DNA from: a virus
Lineage: Duplodnaviria; Caudoviricetes
IMG/VR virus record: IMGVR_UViG_2799112320_000001
Coordinates: 3,606 to 67,605 of that record
Strand: one strand, 5' to 3'
Length of the DNA: 64,000 bases
A model generated the notes under the pieces. That model did no database searches and was not told the origin of the DNA. It saw nothing but the letters and a program-made list of their open reading frames with translations. How positions within the stretch are numbered: position 1 is the first letter of the stretch; each line of letters opens with the position of its first letter. This document shows positions 56,901 through 63,529 of the stretch, piece by piece. Both the position numbers and the translations under genes were made by a program.

Positions 56901-57364
56901 TCCACGGCAAGACCGACAACCGGAAGATTCGTGGCCACGGCGGACGCCCGGCTTGTGTCCTCTGCGCTGGCGTCCTTGGCCTTGTAGCCCCGTAGCATGT
57001 AGTTCGTCTGGAGGAGACGCCTGTCCTCGGCGTCGCGCAGCGCGGAGCGATCCAGAAATGCGGCAAGGTTCCTATCCTCGGTGAGGTCCATGCCCTCTCG
57101 CGTGGCTCGGACGCCGGGGAGCAGGCCTTCCGCATAGACTTGCCCTGCCGACGCGTCACGGCCCGTCCGCGCCGTGATCTCGTCCTGCCGGCGCTCCGTG
57201 AAGCCGTAGTTGGAGTCAGAATTTTGCCTATTTGCGCCGTCCGTGGCGTCGCTGCGTTCTGCCTCGTCGGCAAAAAGTGAAGTGTAGCCATCGCCGATCG
57301 CGGAACGAATACCAGTATCAACGGGTTCCGCCTCGTCGGCAAAGAGCGAAGAATACTCTGCCAT
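44936..57364 (-). CDS. 4142-aa large polyvalent virion/ejection protein with Strawberry-notch helicase, zincin-like motifs, LPD23- and LPD38-like regions
   Basis: GYGTGAGKS, FDEIHRAK, YMSATGATD, QTLGRVHRNNQ, GERRFYSSV; HEAGRH and HELQH motifs; IWEKTGWWRAKDGKWRYEI; C-terminal DYAGRPIR. Confidence 0.88.
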   Translation of the reverse strand: MAEYSSLFADEAEPVDTGIRSAIGDGYTSLFADEAERSDATDGANRQNSDSNYGFTERRQDEITARTGRDASAGQVYAEGLLPGVRATREGMDLTEDRNLAAFLDRSALRDAEDRRLLQTNYMLRGYKAKDASAEDTSRASAVATNLPVVGLAVEGVRGAARMATAEYMTDVLENYARDARISEADIEKAREYSQGDAEKMNEYFANIARARFGERAAKKGEAQRRMAAAGEEGFWGKVGGGTLGMIPMMEEFALTGAAGKALGIGAKAVQATWRGRVVAGLAHSAWMTPVMGAEMTRRRYKELTAPEYHQNPETGELEVIPGDDPEKALAKAAKGGFGEAAIFSLPIGEAAFGWAPGVIGKSIKGLRGADAAWARKAAPAVKGLYENYVKYGQLTGLRGQPQMLALMDLNTFKDQVLGYGKKDSEYEGLSKEWDKFTNGEDLPDGTHVPGVLSLKGQTDLFVGALGVMLFQAGTAGMRTWRDARAQKASYDRRLQGAFKIPQEQLDQMNPDLKRWLVRIGDRLYSGEDAFGGDVDGARTLRREQQHGRNFKGERYDRVRVVNGEVTEKGTFEERLRNWCDKVGKKLGMEAGQAFEQAGKYALQFDNSAGWERSNAGSFQSQFRVPRTLTLGKPDENGKMRTTSEVAWQDVEIPVGDGVSIAGKTFTDANTGISVTKWPLDASKADGRSIYLVEDGNGRRATRYGAEDAFEAANAMSRLGQKTASERDAKAAALKNFRDQYRLGGVDFYAAKDGAEFDKIVSEGTGRPHRSSPGEQAVTLPDGTTVYCLDRMETPQQMKRNVLHEAGRHRGLDVAFETPADKIGFVAGLARSGDPVVQNQLNRIVGARMARGEIERPEEIFKRDKDGNYLHANALEEVYAHLFDREDVPDEPGWWDEHVNVLRRNLRKVFNGLSYSRSEAEEVYRGAMNKLAEQTGGNFYYEPEPPNPPTPTLRALPDSASAERLQGEVDAARTGHRVGFRAAEKEFADQIGEERDRRAATRRGQEERARQRQEAADYEEQERQRIERERREEQDARDEAELQQLIDAEERESDMAKREEYQRRRREITERRARERAIAKENAEAEAVRAAQERENRAQEREAQRRAGYEAADAQARLDRKNAVKEALREDDARRAEKFDRAEEERKRREAEDNASVLPRIAVEPEAPQGKERTSSQGDVLRASYGPNGNQIVARRVTDGNGKVIGWDVNAVANDGTETLIASTTKPKKDGMAAIRAVRRQIHDHFGLPYGKEAEKAMEAELVRVEEQARKETADEAGRRADEAPAQPEQGASGRQEGGEAPRPVEAEPEGAEAPSEGVVVHHANEGRLGDGVRAAEDALAGLFGDMPQETPVEAPRSEAGAEGAMTRPERAEGAEGRNSPSGGESRDIRDIMSRWGLTDPSAKFFDVNEELGSDRRDKNWELVRDIAALYDQKKIRGFYDFAKMFKAANPAWYAEQKDGLRRLWNYAAETTGLFDRVGDYEARDAIRSADEGRNVRDISGINALQAALQDIDVEMYPAAKLDSSDARVPNTKLAADPKTGIVPGNELKGRPRSLLSKPILGVEFEDGTVSVGTGRHRKELYERYGMDIPMRRVREADGWVTKKPDGTYDFTKIRLLDALDNIQDSKGSTEDYVAFFGDVKIPRAEAEREGFLGSKEARQAYAIANDATEDLRASVNFEGGRVEGKIKPEQAAAIAEIAPIGEGKANADLQRYLLKSVLRDPTLDRRDLGIKASEAKHLAAMKREADGVEQMAFDFFGDDTVEKAAEKAEKYRSEQAAKYSRLAKSLREVQRSRENDLVKKKILREDMRALGINERKIAEGGKAKEAELQKAIDKATLEKMRWESINLDPDLRAQMEKDLGMEPSAPKEGETPARPDFALESVTQGQINDEARRLREREALQRRMDAPLKGGSMETGQGLLDLGGAEGEDLFNRTIPATEAAPAKPAFERGQVVMFKNAAGNMREATFLQDNGDGTATVRVKTPGANRYAPTKVEDMKMSLSALHDEGLVNRGLTQAERDAIRAGEADQGTRFFDKAEEAGDFDKRQYAPAKYKVPGAVKSRTLLEEPPALRATEPPDNKYKLMIPEKHIKNGDLQEHQLEFVGYAGRAHGMKDANGSPLGMMGGYGTGAGKSRMIAGTILDNRWRGRKRALWITTQRGLIDDVRSEVKPFGMEGLVEDIGDKPMPKDGIGFTTYSDIRNEGVVEKIANELGKDFDGVIAFDEIHRAKTEGGRTQDAVVKLQELLPKARVIYMSATGATDVGNLGYATRLGLWGEGTPFKDFEDFKKKVEGKGVSAMEMVAQTLKRRGQYLSANLSKEGVEFDHVAVPTTEAQKRTYTEYNHALSDVYRGVYDALEVLGRLDYTVPPSSLHGMQQRLHYSMVTALKIPALIERAKKELAKGNAPVFSLVNTNEAGSTREVAKALEEGRQLGMDEVNFGPKQILLDFLTKEGDKTYQKQEGAYKDYQFPTMKPVKDQSGEVVGFERDPIADGIRRRLVREVEKLPDTFGNPINMIIDAFGKDNVANLTGLNKGGMAEDYRAFQNGDKKVLVFSGVANTGYTFSSDRKYKNQARRVAFPLQLGYRADELEQTLGRVHRNNQANAPIYVTSTTDLPGERRFYSSVERRRGQMKALTTGDRAATGNGITSEGDNFETKYAQQAVDQIIAMLHKMGKLDDIARDMNFVKRVQRPDGSVVEVNGMLKRDKSGATVPDVSAKRFLNRLLMLDPKKQDGMFTAFKNLLDQNIRWAKEDGEYDIGLQDIGSTHNDAVRSVKLADDMDVQHVNSWFKTDKVPFDDFARDHAAEFLTYVRNKRTGETFAVRADGKMGKRQEPAAMRFAVDGTKKRMKASILDTEKPNAAYEKLDTAKAKELWDAEYGVIPEERADDGFYATGDLLKHWNDVLGSKPPRTFRVKAGDAPEYIGAKIDTDEIPAVFGRFGKAQEARDMVIDGKVREVLNNRTVDLVNGWTLKQVPRDGAKKVMVRGVEPGQIDAVAKELGGEVSKKRIFMEPDAAKLRKIIEKHPANLYRDDEKIGDTGNLRFFNIDEEAGRRVHAKGRDEAERMEGAGAGRREIWEKTGWWRAKDGKWRYEIAGISDADTKRMLDFALASGKFYDRDRANTYSFTLNDLEAAMKAKGERLPDSVKTLLAAYPRLGKETIEVDRKAEQPKDGTLGYATKGKIHLYERGTTAETLNHELQHRIQAASGMAGGTNTDGKSFGRYTQEHGEWEARQAATRARMSAEERGKTAPWETADRHNVAEDMTQIDDANRARIRPDGEPKEPEPVAPAADRKTTIAEKAKTELADRYDPIKKMEIATGRRDKKDLYAENSPYNAMRLLHGHNEAARQRYEKIWKRPFEDMLRKSGATVDDVGMYMIATNAKDRNRKVMERSGTLDGAGLSDADAAKILSDLRSHLGADKVAKIEEMANFLWKMQDEGMERRVESGRVARETADQWRKEEPFHVPMRDDLSDEGGEYNRSTRQWRRSDFKEANGRYTLPDNPVEFMFKEYQDAMYGSNINEARRVLADFVRSTPGVGKVRKGVRRGKAWSFTHKQIEDFPDPNYHEQTVKGGSGRPNLVAFKEGGNLYMIELNGKQGERVAEAVIGRGVQNMWKPVAAFTRGYASTATELSPAFLGRNFAADMLEASLNTMADKGVIRGGVSAVRNVANAVRMAGTIRKYIKTGKFEGPYADVMRRYVESGASIGGMGNEGYTELKNDLGKVASGKHGVMDVLRFVGRGISEINKQGELATRLAVFKDYIDGGASDGEAAMRSREYSTDFNKYGNQRWMNSAWMFSGSVIGGAIRQTASLATGKHGRQLAMALFTYGVMEAMAEHFFNADDDKKARKSGEPSGETMTEFQRANSLYFRMGDKFIRVPFHAGPFSVLKYAGNLAARAALGDISGADAAKHIGKEALDSGMHFTGTGDFNSDTPVQSLLPTLLVPFYQLKGNEDYAGRPIRKQMFSETKPYSENGRKQTGDVWKSMARGMNKLTGGNERRRGWFDYSPENYKFVVDSALKNLGRDITTVSDFVTDLKEGKDLDNSHIPFWRDYVRDVPDNAHNFYEAERRYKVDRADGTIKAGSRRDEKIRKLLNDIRTLRHWEDGEEREGGRWVRKRNPSEATKKKYEKTRLRYQQQVIDLMRPKK

Positions 57365-57423
57365 CTGCCCTACCTCCTTGTTCGATGTCGATGAAACTCG
57401 GTTTGCTCGCCGTGCCTACGGCA

Positions 57424-59277
57424 TCAGAATGGGATCGTTATCTGGTTTGTGTCCCGCAGCTCCGCGTCTTTTCGTTCGCGGATCATCTGCGGGTCGTTTT
57501 TCATCCGCCAAGCCCGCTCGGCATTTGCCAGTTGCCTATTGATTCGCGTCGGCGTCCAGCCACGCTTCTTCCAGTCGGCTTCCAGCCTAGCCGCCTCCGC
57601 TTTCCACTTGTCGTCGATCTTCTTCTTCCCGATATTGGCTTCTTCCTGGAGCTGCGCCACCTTCTCCATGTCCAGATAGGAGTCGTCGGTTTCCTTCATG
57701 TACTGTCTCACCTGCTTCTTTACCGCTTCAGGCAGATAGTCGAAGTTCCTTATGCGAATCTTGCGCAGGCCAGTATCCTCGTCCTCCGAGTATTCGCCGC
57801 CAGCCGCCACGAAACGCGAGCTCGCATCCGAAGAATCATCGGCGGTCTTGTTCTTGCCATCCAGAGAACCTGTGTCTGCGCCTGCATTTCCAGTGTCGCC
57901 AGTGTTTGCATTTTGCTGGCTTGCCGAAGCCTGTGCCTGCTGCGGGACATAGGCCCATCTCTTCTGCTCCGGAACCCATCCCCATCTGTAAGTCTTGCCG
58001 TTGTGTTCAAAGACATCCTTCCCGTCTGGTGGCGCTACTGGACGATCTTCCGACTGTCCGGAGTTGTTTCCGTCCGCCTCCCCGCTGCCAAAACCGCGAC
58101 GCCTGTCGCGCTCAGCCTGTAGTGCGTCGTACTTCTTTTTCTCGGCCTCAGAAAGTTCTTCGTACTTGCGCCCGTCAAGAAGTTCCATCTGGTCCTGCTT
58201 GATGGACGCGTCGATGTCCTTGTTCCACTGCCGTGTATCGTCCTTCGCCGCACCATTCGCCTCGGCGATGTCGAGGCCGCGCTCCTTCAGCATGGCCGAA
58301 ACGTCGATGCCGTACTTCTTGAGGACGTTCGCGGCCTCGGCAAGGTCGCGCCGCGTGTCGGACTTGTCCCGCTGGATCGCCTCGCGGGAGGCGTTGTTCA
58401 TCGCCGCGATGCGCTCCTTCTCGGACGTGCCGCGCACGACGCTCTCGATGGACGAGCCGTCCGGGACGGATATGACCTCGCCGGTCTCGCTGTTCTCGTA
58501 GCGGCGAACCTGGCGCTGGCCTGACGGGTCGTTCGGGTCAGGGCCGACCGAAAGCACCTTCCACTGCGCACCGGCGTCGTTCGACTCCATCACCGGCTGG
58601 AAACCCGTCTCGGGTCCAGAGTACGAGCGGAGCGTGTACCCCTTGCCATTCGTGTAGAACATGCTGCCGCCGCGCTTCTCGGGGCCGAGGATGGGCGCGC
58701 CGAGCCTCTGCGCCGTGCCGCCGCCCATTGTCACCGCAGGCCCCGTCGGCGAAGGCGCGTCGGGATCCTCGATGCCGTACTTCGCAAGAGTGTCCGCCGA
58801 GTTGCGCCCGCGGAGGACGCCGTAGATTTCGCGGCGCATGTCGGGCCCCATCTTCGCGCGCTGGAGTACGAGAAGCTGCTGCGCCGGGGACGCCACGGCA
58901 AGCGGGGTGAACTGTGCCTGCCCGTCCTGGCCTTGCGACATGCTGTACAGCATGAAGTTGCCGTTCTTGTCGTAGTTGCCGCCTGCAATCGGAATACCCA
59001 TTCTCTGCGACGCCTCGCCGAGAATCGCCTTGGGAATGAAGCCCCTGTTGTTCCTCGCCTGGATCATCAGGGCGCCGAGCGTGGCGTTGCGGCGGTTCGT
59101 GGCCTCGGTCTGCGCGGCGTTGTCCCGCGCCACCAGGTCGTCGAAGTCGGCCATCGTCTGCTTGCCAAGACTTTCGATTCCCGCGTCCTGCGCGTTTTCC
59201 TGCTCGCGCTGCTGGTTCTGCATCAGCTTGTTCCAGTCGTTGTTGTAGTCGCCGGTGAACATCGTTTCCGTAGCCAT
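57424..59277 (-). CDS. Putative DNA ejection protein
   Basis: Start MATETMF (GGAGG RBS); charged helical protein directly upstream of the giant gene. Confidence 0.6.
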   Translation of the reverse strand: MATETMFTGDYNNDWNKLMQNQQREQENAQDAGIESLGKQTMADFDDLVARDNAAQTEATNRRNATLGALMIQARNNRGFIPKAILGEASQRMGIPIAGGNYDKNGNFMLYSMSQGQDGQAQFTPLAVASPAQQLLVLQRAKMGPDMRREIYGVLRGRNSADTLAKYGIEDPDAPSPTGPAVTMGGGTAQRLGAPILGPEKRGGSMFYTNGKGYTLRSYSGPETGFQPVMESNDAGAQWKVLSVGPDPNDPSGQRQVRRYENSETGEVISVPDGSSIESVVRGTSEKERIAAMNNASREAIQRDKSDTRRDLAEAANVLKKYGIDVSAMLKERGLDIAEANGAAKDDTRQWNKDIDASIKQDQMELLDGRKYEELSEAEKKKYDALQAERDRRRGFGSGEADGNNSGQSEDRPVAPPDGKDVFEHNGKTYRWGWVPEQKRWAYVPQQAQASASQQNANTGDTGNAGADTGSLDGKNKTADDSSDASSRFVAAGGEYSEDEDTGLRKIRIRNFDYLPEAVKKQVRQYMKETDDSYLDMEKVAQLQEEANIGKKKIDDKWKAEAARLEADWKKRGWTPTRINRQLANAERAWRMKNDPQMIRERKDAELRDTNQITIPF

Positions 59278-59294
59278 GTGGCACCTCCCTTTGG

Positions 59295-60392
59295 TTAGTC
59301 CGCCTTGCCGTTCGCGCGAGCGAGCCAGTCGGCGTAGTGGTCCGTGTGGTCGATGATGTTCACTCCGCCGCCGCCACCGCCGCTTGCCTGCGCCCTCGCT
59401 ACGTTGAGATAGTAGTTGGCCGCCGATTCGTAGGCGGACTCCAGCGCCTGGTACGCGCTCTGCGTGAGCCGCCCCGCGTCGATCTCCAGCCCGCCGGCGT
59501 TGCCGAACAGGTTCCCCGCCGCCGCGAACAGCTGCCCGACATTGGCGCGGAGCTGACCGGCGTCCTGAAGCAGGGCTCCCTGCTGGGTGACGATCCCCGC
59601 GGCGTTCCTCGCCATGTCGCCGGCGTCCTTGAGCGCGGCCTCGCCCGCCTGCCCCTGCTTGAGGCCCATGTTGTAGAGCGTGTCGGCGGCGCTCGTCATG
59701 TCGCCCAGGAATCCCCTCTGCTCCTTCTCGCCCTTGTCCCACGCAATGGACTTGTTCGCCGCAAGGGCGGTCGCCAGCGCGCGGTTCCACTGCTGCATGA
59801 GCGCGGACGAAGCGCCGCTGCCCGGCGAGACCCCGCGGCGCGCTAGCTGTCGCTCCTGCTGGGCGAGCGCGTTGTCGTAGGACGCCTGCGTGTCGCTTGC
59901 CGCACGGCCCACGTACTTGTCCGGCGATAGGAGCAAGTAGTGCCCGAGGTATTCCGCCGCAAGCCCGCCTGCGGACGGATCCATAGTGACTAGCGCCCTG
60001 CCCTGTCCGAACATGTCCTTCTGCTCGCCGAGGTACATCTGCGCCAGCTTCGCGAGGTCGTCGCCGTAGCCGCCGAGCTTGTCCTTGTACGGATCGAGTT
60101 GCGGGACGAGCGCCGCGAGCGCGTCGGCATCCCTGTTGATGGCATTGCCCTGCGTGTTAACGAGCTGCGCCTGCCCACGCATACTGGCCGCGTCGCCGCG
60201 TGCCGCACCCGCCGAGCTCTGCGCAGCGCCGAGTCCTGCGTTCGCCATCGAAATGGCGGCGCTCACATTGCCCAATCCCGCCCTGGCGGTCTCTATTCCC
60301 GTGTTTCCGATTCCGCCCGTGCCCGCAGTTGAGCCGGTGCTGAATGTTGCAAGCAAATCCCTTCTGGGGTTTATTCCGAAGGAGTTTCCCAT
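59295..60392 (-). CDS. Putative DNA ejection / internal virion protein
   Basis: Ala/Gly-rich helical protein, QQERQLARRGVSPGSGA motif, AAGGAGG RBS. Confidence 0.65.
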   Translation of the reverse strand: MGNSFGINPRRDLLATFSTGSTAGTGGIGNTGIETARAGLGNVSAAISMANAGLGAAQSSAGAARGDAASMRGQAQLVNTQGNAINRDADALAALVPQLDPYKDKLGGYGDDLAKLAQMYLGEQKDMFGQGRALVTMDPSAGGLAAEYLGHYLLLSPDKYVGRAASDTQASYDNALAQQERQLARRGVSPGSGASSALMQQWNRALATALAANKSIAWDKGEKEQRGFLGDMTSAADTLYNMGLKQGQAGEAALKDAGDMARNAAGIVTQQGALLQDAGQLRANVGQLFAAAGNLFGNAGGLEIDAGRLTQSAYQALESAYESAANYYLNVARAQASGGGGGGVNIIDHTDHYADWLARANGKAD

Positions 60393-60544
60393 GTTTCCCT
60401 CCTTTGCAGCTCAAGCACGGCTTTCTGCGCTTCCGCGAGCTGCTTACTTAGCGAAAGCACATTTTCGTTCAGTTTCATGAAGGCGTCACGCATGGTCATG
60501 TCCGCGATATGGTGATACGGGACGCTCCCGTGCGGAAGCGGTTT
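60371..60544 (-). CDS. Small coiled-coil protein
   Basis: MTTIIIKPLP...LNENVLSLSKQL, located between tail and ejection genes. Confidence 0.55.
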   Translation of the reverse strand, partial: KPLPHGSVPYHHIADMTMRDAFMKLNENVLSLSKQLAEAQKAVLELQRRETWETPSE

Positions 60545-60558
60545 TATGATAATTGTCG

Positions 60559-63528
60559 TCATACCACAAGCCCTCCCATTGAAGTGCCCACGAGGAGCGC
60601 GTCAACTTCCGAGTCGGCCACGACCTCCACCTGCATGTACCGCTCCATGCGCCGTACCGGGAGACGCCGCGCGTCCTGGTCGGCGATGTTGGAGAGCGTG
60701 ACGTGCGCCGTAGGGCGGGCGTCGGCGTCAGGCGCGGAGAACATGTCCACCGTAAGGTCAAGAAGCCTGGCAGGGCGGTATCCGCGCGCGTCCACTCGGC
60801 AAGCGGACGGGTTGAACGGCTTGGACGCCTCGTAGGTCTTCGAGCGCCACACCATCGTCTTGTTCTCGTCCGAGCCCTCCCACTCGCAGATGGCGTTGCG
60901 GTCGAGAACGAAGCGCGCGTAGTACGCCGTCTCGCCGTAGACCGTGAAGGTGAAGCTCTCGCTTGTGGAGATGGGTATAAACACGGTCGGATTCTGCGAG
61001 TCGTACCAGCCGTCGAACCTGTAGCCGTTGCGAGCGCGCGCGTGGACGGTGACATCGGAGCCTAACGGAACGCTCGTAAGCGCCGTAGTGGTCTCACCGC
61101 CTATGACCGTGTCTCCACTGATCCTCGTTATCCACACGTTACCCGAATGCTCTCCGCTGTCGTTCGTGGCGTCCACCGTGACGTCCACTTCGCCGTCCTC
61201 CACATAGCGGACAAAGAACACCTTGTTCTCGTTCGTCAGGATGTCCAGCGCCAAGGCCTGCGAAAGCGGATTTGCCGCGGGATGGTATGTTACGACATTG
61301 TTGTTTACTTCCTTGATGGCTTCAAACCATCCGTAGAAATAGAGTGTGCCGTCGTTTGTCTCGACGGTGTTCTGCGCGGTGGCGCGCACCGTCTTGGTGC
61401 CGACAAAGTGCTCTTCGCAGGTGTTGCCTGGCTCCTCCTCGGCTTCCGGCTGCGCGCCGCCGCCAAGCTCTGATGCGCTCGCCGCCTGCTGCTCTGCTTC
61501 CCCTATAAAGGTTATGAAGTCGTCGCCGATGTTCAGCGGGGTGTCCCCTGTCGAACCGCTCAGGGCATGGACCGTTATTTTGCGATCCAATGCGGAGTCC
61601 GCCAGTATCGTCGCCGTCGCGGTTACTGCCGCATCCACGTAGATTGTCCCTTTGGTGCTGAGCGGAAGTATCGTCGCGCCGGACCTCCACGCATCTAGCC
61701 CGTAGCCGCCGTCTATCGCCAGTTCGTAGGCGATGGTCGTGCCGACCACAAGCGTCTCGTTGTACACGCCGCCCGCGCACTCCGTGCCGTCCACGAACAG
61801 CGCGGCGTGGTCCGTGCTGTTCAAGGACAGGCTCACCGCCGCCGCCGCCTTCGCGACGAGGGAGATCGGCGCGGTGACGTTGGATACGGCGTATTCGGCG
61901 TTTGACGAAACGAAGTTGTCCTCGGTATCGTACCACCCTGCGAAAGAGTAGCCCGCGGCGGGAACAGCGGTAAAAGTCACGCTGCCGCCGTATGCCACGC
62001 TCGCCGGAGAGACGGAAGAAGATGTTATCGCGGTCGCGCTCGCTGCGTCCTTCACCGCAGTGCAGGCAAACGTCTGCGTGGACACGACGGGGACGATGAC
62101 CGTATCGCCCGTCACGACAAGCTCAAAGGTGCACGGCTCGGACGGCGTGTCGTTCGTGAAGCCGCCCTGGCTCACGCCGTTTACCGATATGCCGCCGCCG
62201 TCGAGGAGCTTTCCGGCGCGCGGCGTCGCCGTCACCGCGACGTGCGTCCCGTAGGTCCAGTACGCGACCTCGCCGATCGTCGTCGCCGCCGCTGGTTCAA
62301 CCGAGAGGTCCACCACGTCCGCGCCGCCGACCTGCGCCGCCGTTATGGTGTGCAGAGTCCGCCACTGCGCGTACAGGGTGACTGTCGCACCGTCCTCCGC
62401 CGTGAGGTTGATGACCGTCGCGCCGTCAGCGTATGCCGTCCCCAAGCCGTCCGCCGCGGTGTTCCAGCCGACGAACAGGCTTCCCGTCTTGGCGTAAGTA
62501 CAGGCGGGAAGCGAAGCGGAAACGTCGTATGTCGCGGAGACGGACTGCATCGCCGCCCCCGTTCCGGTGTTGGCGCCGAACGCGATCGTGTAGGAGTTTG
62601 CGGACCACTGCGCGTAGACAGTGGCGTTCGCGGAGGGATTGATGGTGTCGCCGGCCCCGCCGACACGCGTACCGCCCGACCGCGCCGTGTACCAGCCGAG
62701 GAACGTGTAGCCCGTGCGGACAGGAAGGGGCAGCACCACGGCGGCTTCCACGCCGCCGCTCGCAGAGTCGGGCGAGACCGTGCCGCCATTGGCATCAAAG
62801 GTGTATGTGTACAGAATTTCCTCGTACGCTGCCTCCGCCTCCACGTCCTGCCTATAGCCTGTCTTGACATATAGACACCGATTGTCAGCACCTGCCACAT
62901 ATACGCTGTCGCTGGACGATGTAGACGTGACCTTGCTTCCGTTTACATACCATCCCGCAAACCTATATCCGCTCTTCGGCGGCGAAGCCCAGATGGAGCT
63001 CTGCGTATTGGCTCCGTGGACATTATAAACTATAGCGCTGGTGTTTGAGTAAAAATAATTCGACTCGAATACGAGCGACGTGGTTCCGTAGTCCCACCGC
63101 GAAGGCTTAGCGAAAGATATGGTGCCATAACTAGGGTTGTTTGTGCTTGCGCTGCGCGTCCAGTAGTCGCACGAGACTTGGCTGGTGCCGAACGTCTGGC
63201 TTGTGTTGCTCACGCCGCCATAATAATAGGAGTCACCGGAAACGGCCGCCCTCTTCCAAACGCCATGTCCGACAAGCGCACTCGCCTGTGCCGCCGTTTG
63301 CGGCGACTCGGACGGGCGACCTTCTCCGATGTAGAAACATTCGTTTCCCTTTAAATTTGCAAACTGTCCGCCTTCGGCATCGAGGCAGTTCGTTGTAACG
63401 TTGTGGCCTGCGCCGTCATTCCAGGTCAGCGAAGACGGATTCAGGACGTAATCCCAGCGGCAGTACGAAGTATAGCCTGTAGTACCCGTGCGCTGTATAA
63501 AAGTGCCGTATACCGTTACGCTCTCCAT
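60559..63528 (-). CDS. Tail protein: InlB/Listeria-Bacteroides-type repeats fused to the C-terminal piece of the tail nozzle
   Basis: YTFDANGG...PVRTGYTFLGWY...VYAQW repeats plus several GY.F.GWY repeats; ends ICEWEG...WRSKTY...RRLP...EV...TSMGGL. Confidence 0.8.
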   Translation of the reverse strand: MESVTVYGTFIQRTGTTGYTSYCRWDYVLNPSSLTWNDGAGHNVTTNCLDAEGGQFANLKGNECFYIGEGRPSESPQTAAQASALVGHGVWKRAAVSGDSYYYGGVSNTSQTFGTSQVSCDYWTRSASTNNPSYGTISFAKPSRWDYGTTSLVFESNYFYSNTSAIVYNVHGANTQSSIWASPPKSGYRFAGWYVNGSKVTSTSSSDSVYVAGADNRCLYVKTGYRQDVEAEAAYEEILYTYTFDANGGTVSPDSASGGVEAAVVLPLPVRTGYTFLGWYTARSGGTRVGGAGDTINPSANATVYAQWSANSYTIAFGANTGTGAAMQSVSATYDVSASLPACTYAKTGSLFVGWNTAADGLGTAYADGATVINLTAEDGATVTLYAQWRTLHTITAAQVGGADVVDLSVEPAAATTIGEVAYWTYGTHVAVTATPRAGKLLDGGGISVNGVSQGGFTNDTPSEPCTFELVVTGDTVIVPVVSTQTFACTAVKDAASATAITSSSVSPASVAYGGSVTFTAVPAAGYSFAGWYDTEDNFVSSNAEYAVSNVTAPISLVAKAAAAVSLSLNSTDHAALFVDGTECAGGVYNETLVVGTTIAYELAIDGGYGLDAWRSGATILPLSTKGTIYVDAAVTATATILADSALDRKITVHALSGSTGDTPLNIGDDFITFIGEAEQQAASASELGGGAQPEAEEEPGNTCEEHFVGTKTVRATAQNTVETNDGTLYFYGWFEAIKEVNNNVVTYHPAANPLSQALALDILTNENKVFFVRYVEDGEVDVTVDATNDSGEHSGNVWITRISGDTVIGGETTTALTSVPLGSDVTVHARARNGYRFDGWYDSQNPTVFIPISTSESFTFTVYGETAYYARFVLDRNAICEWEGSDENKTMVWRSKTYEASKPFNPSACRVDARGYRPARLLDLTVDMFSAPDADARPTAHVTLSNIADQDARRLPVRRMERYMQVEVVADSEVDALLVGTSMGGLVV

Positions 63529-63529
63529 C

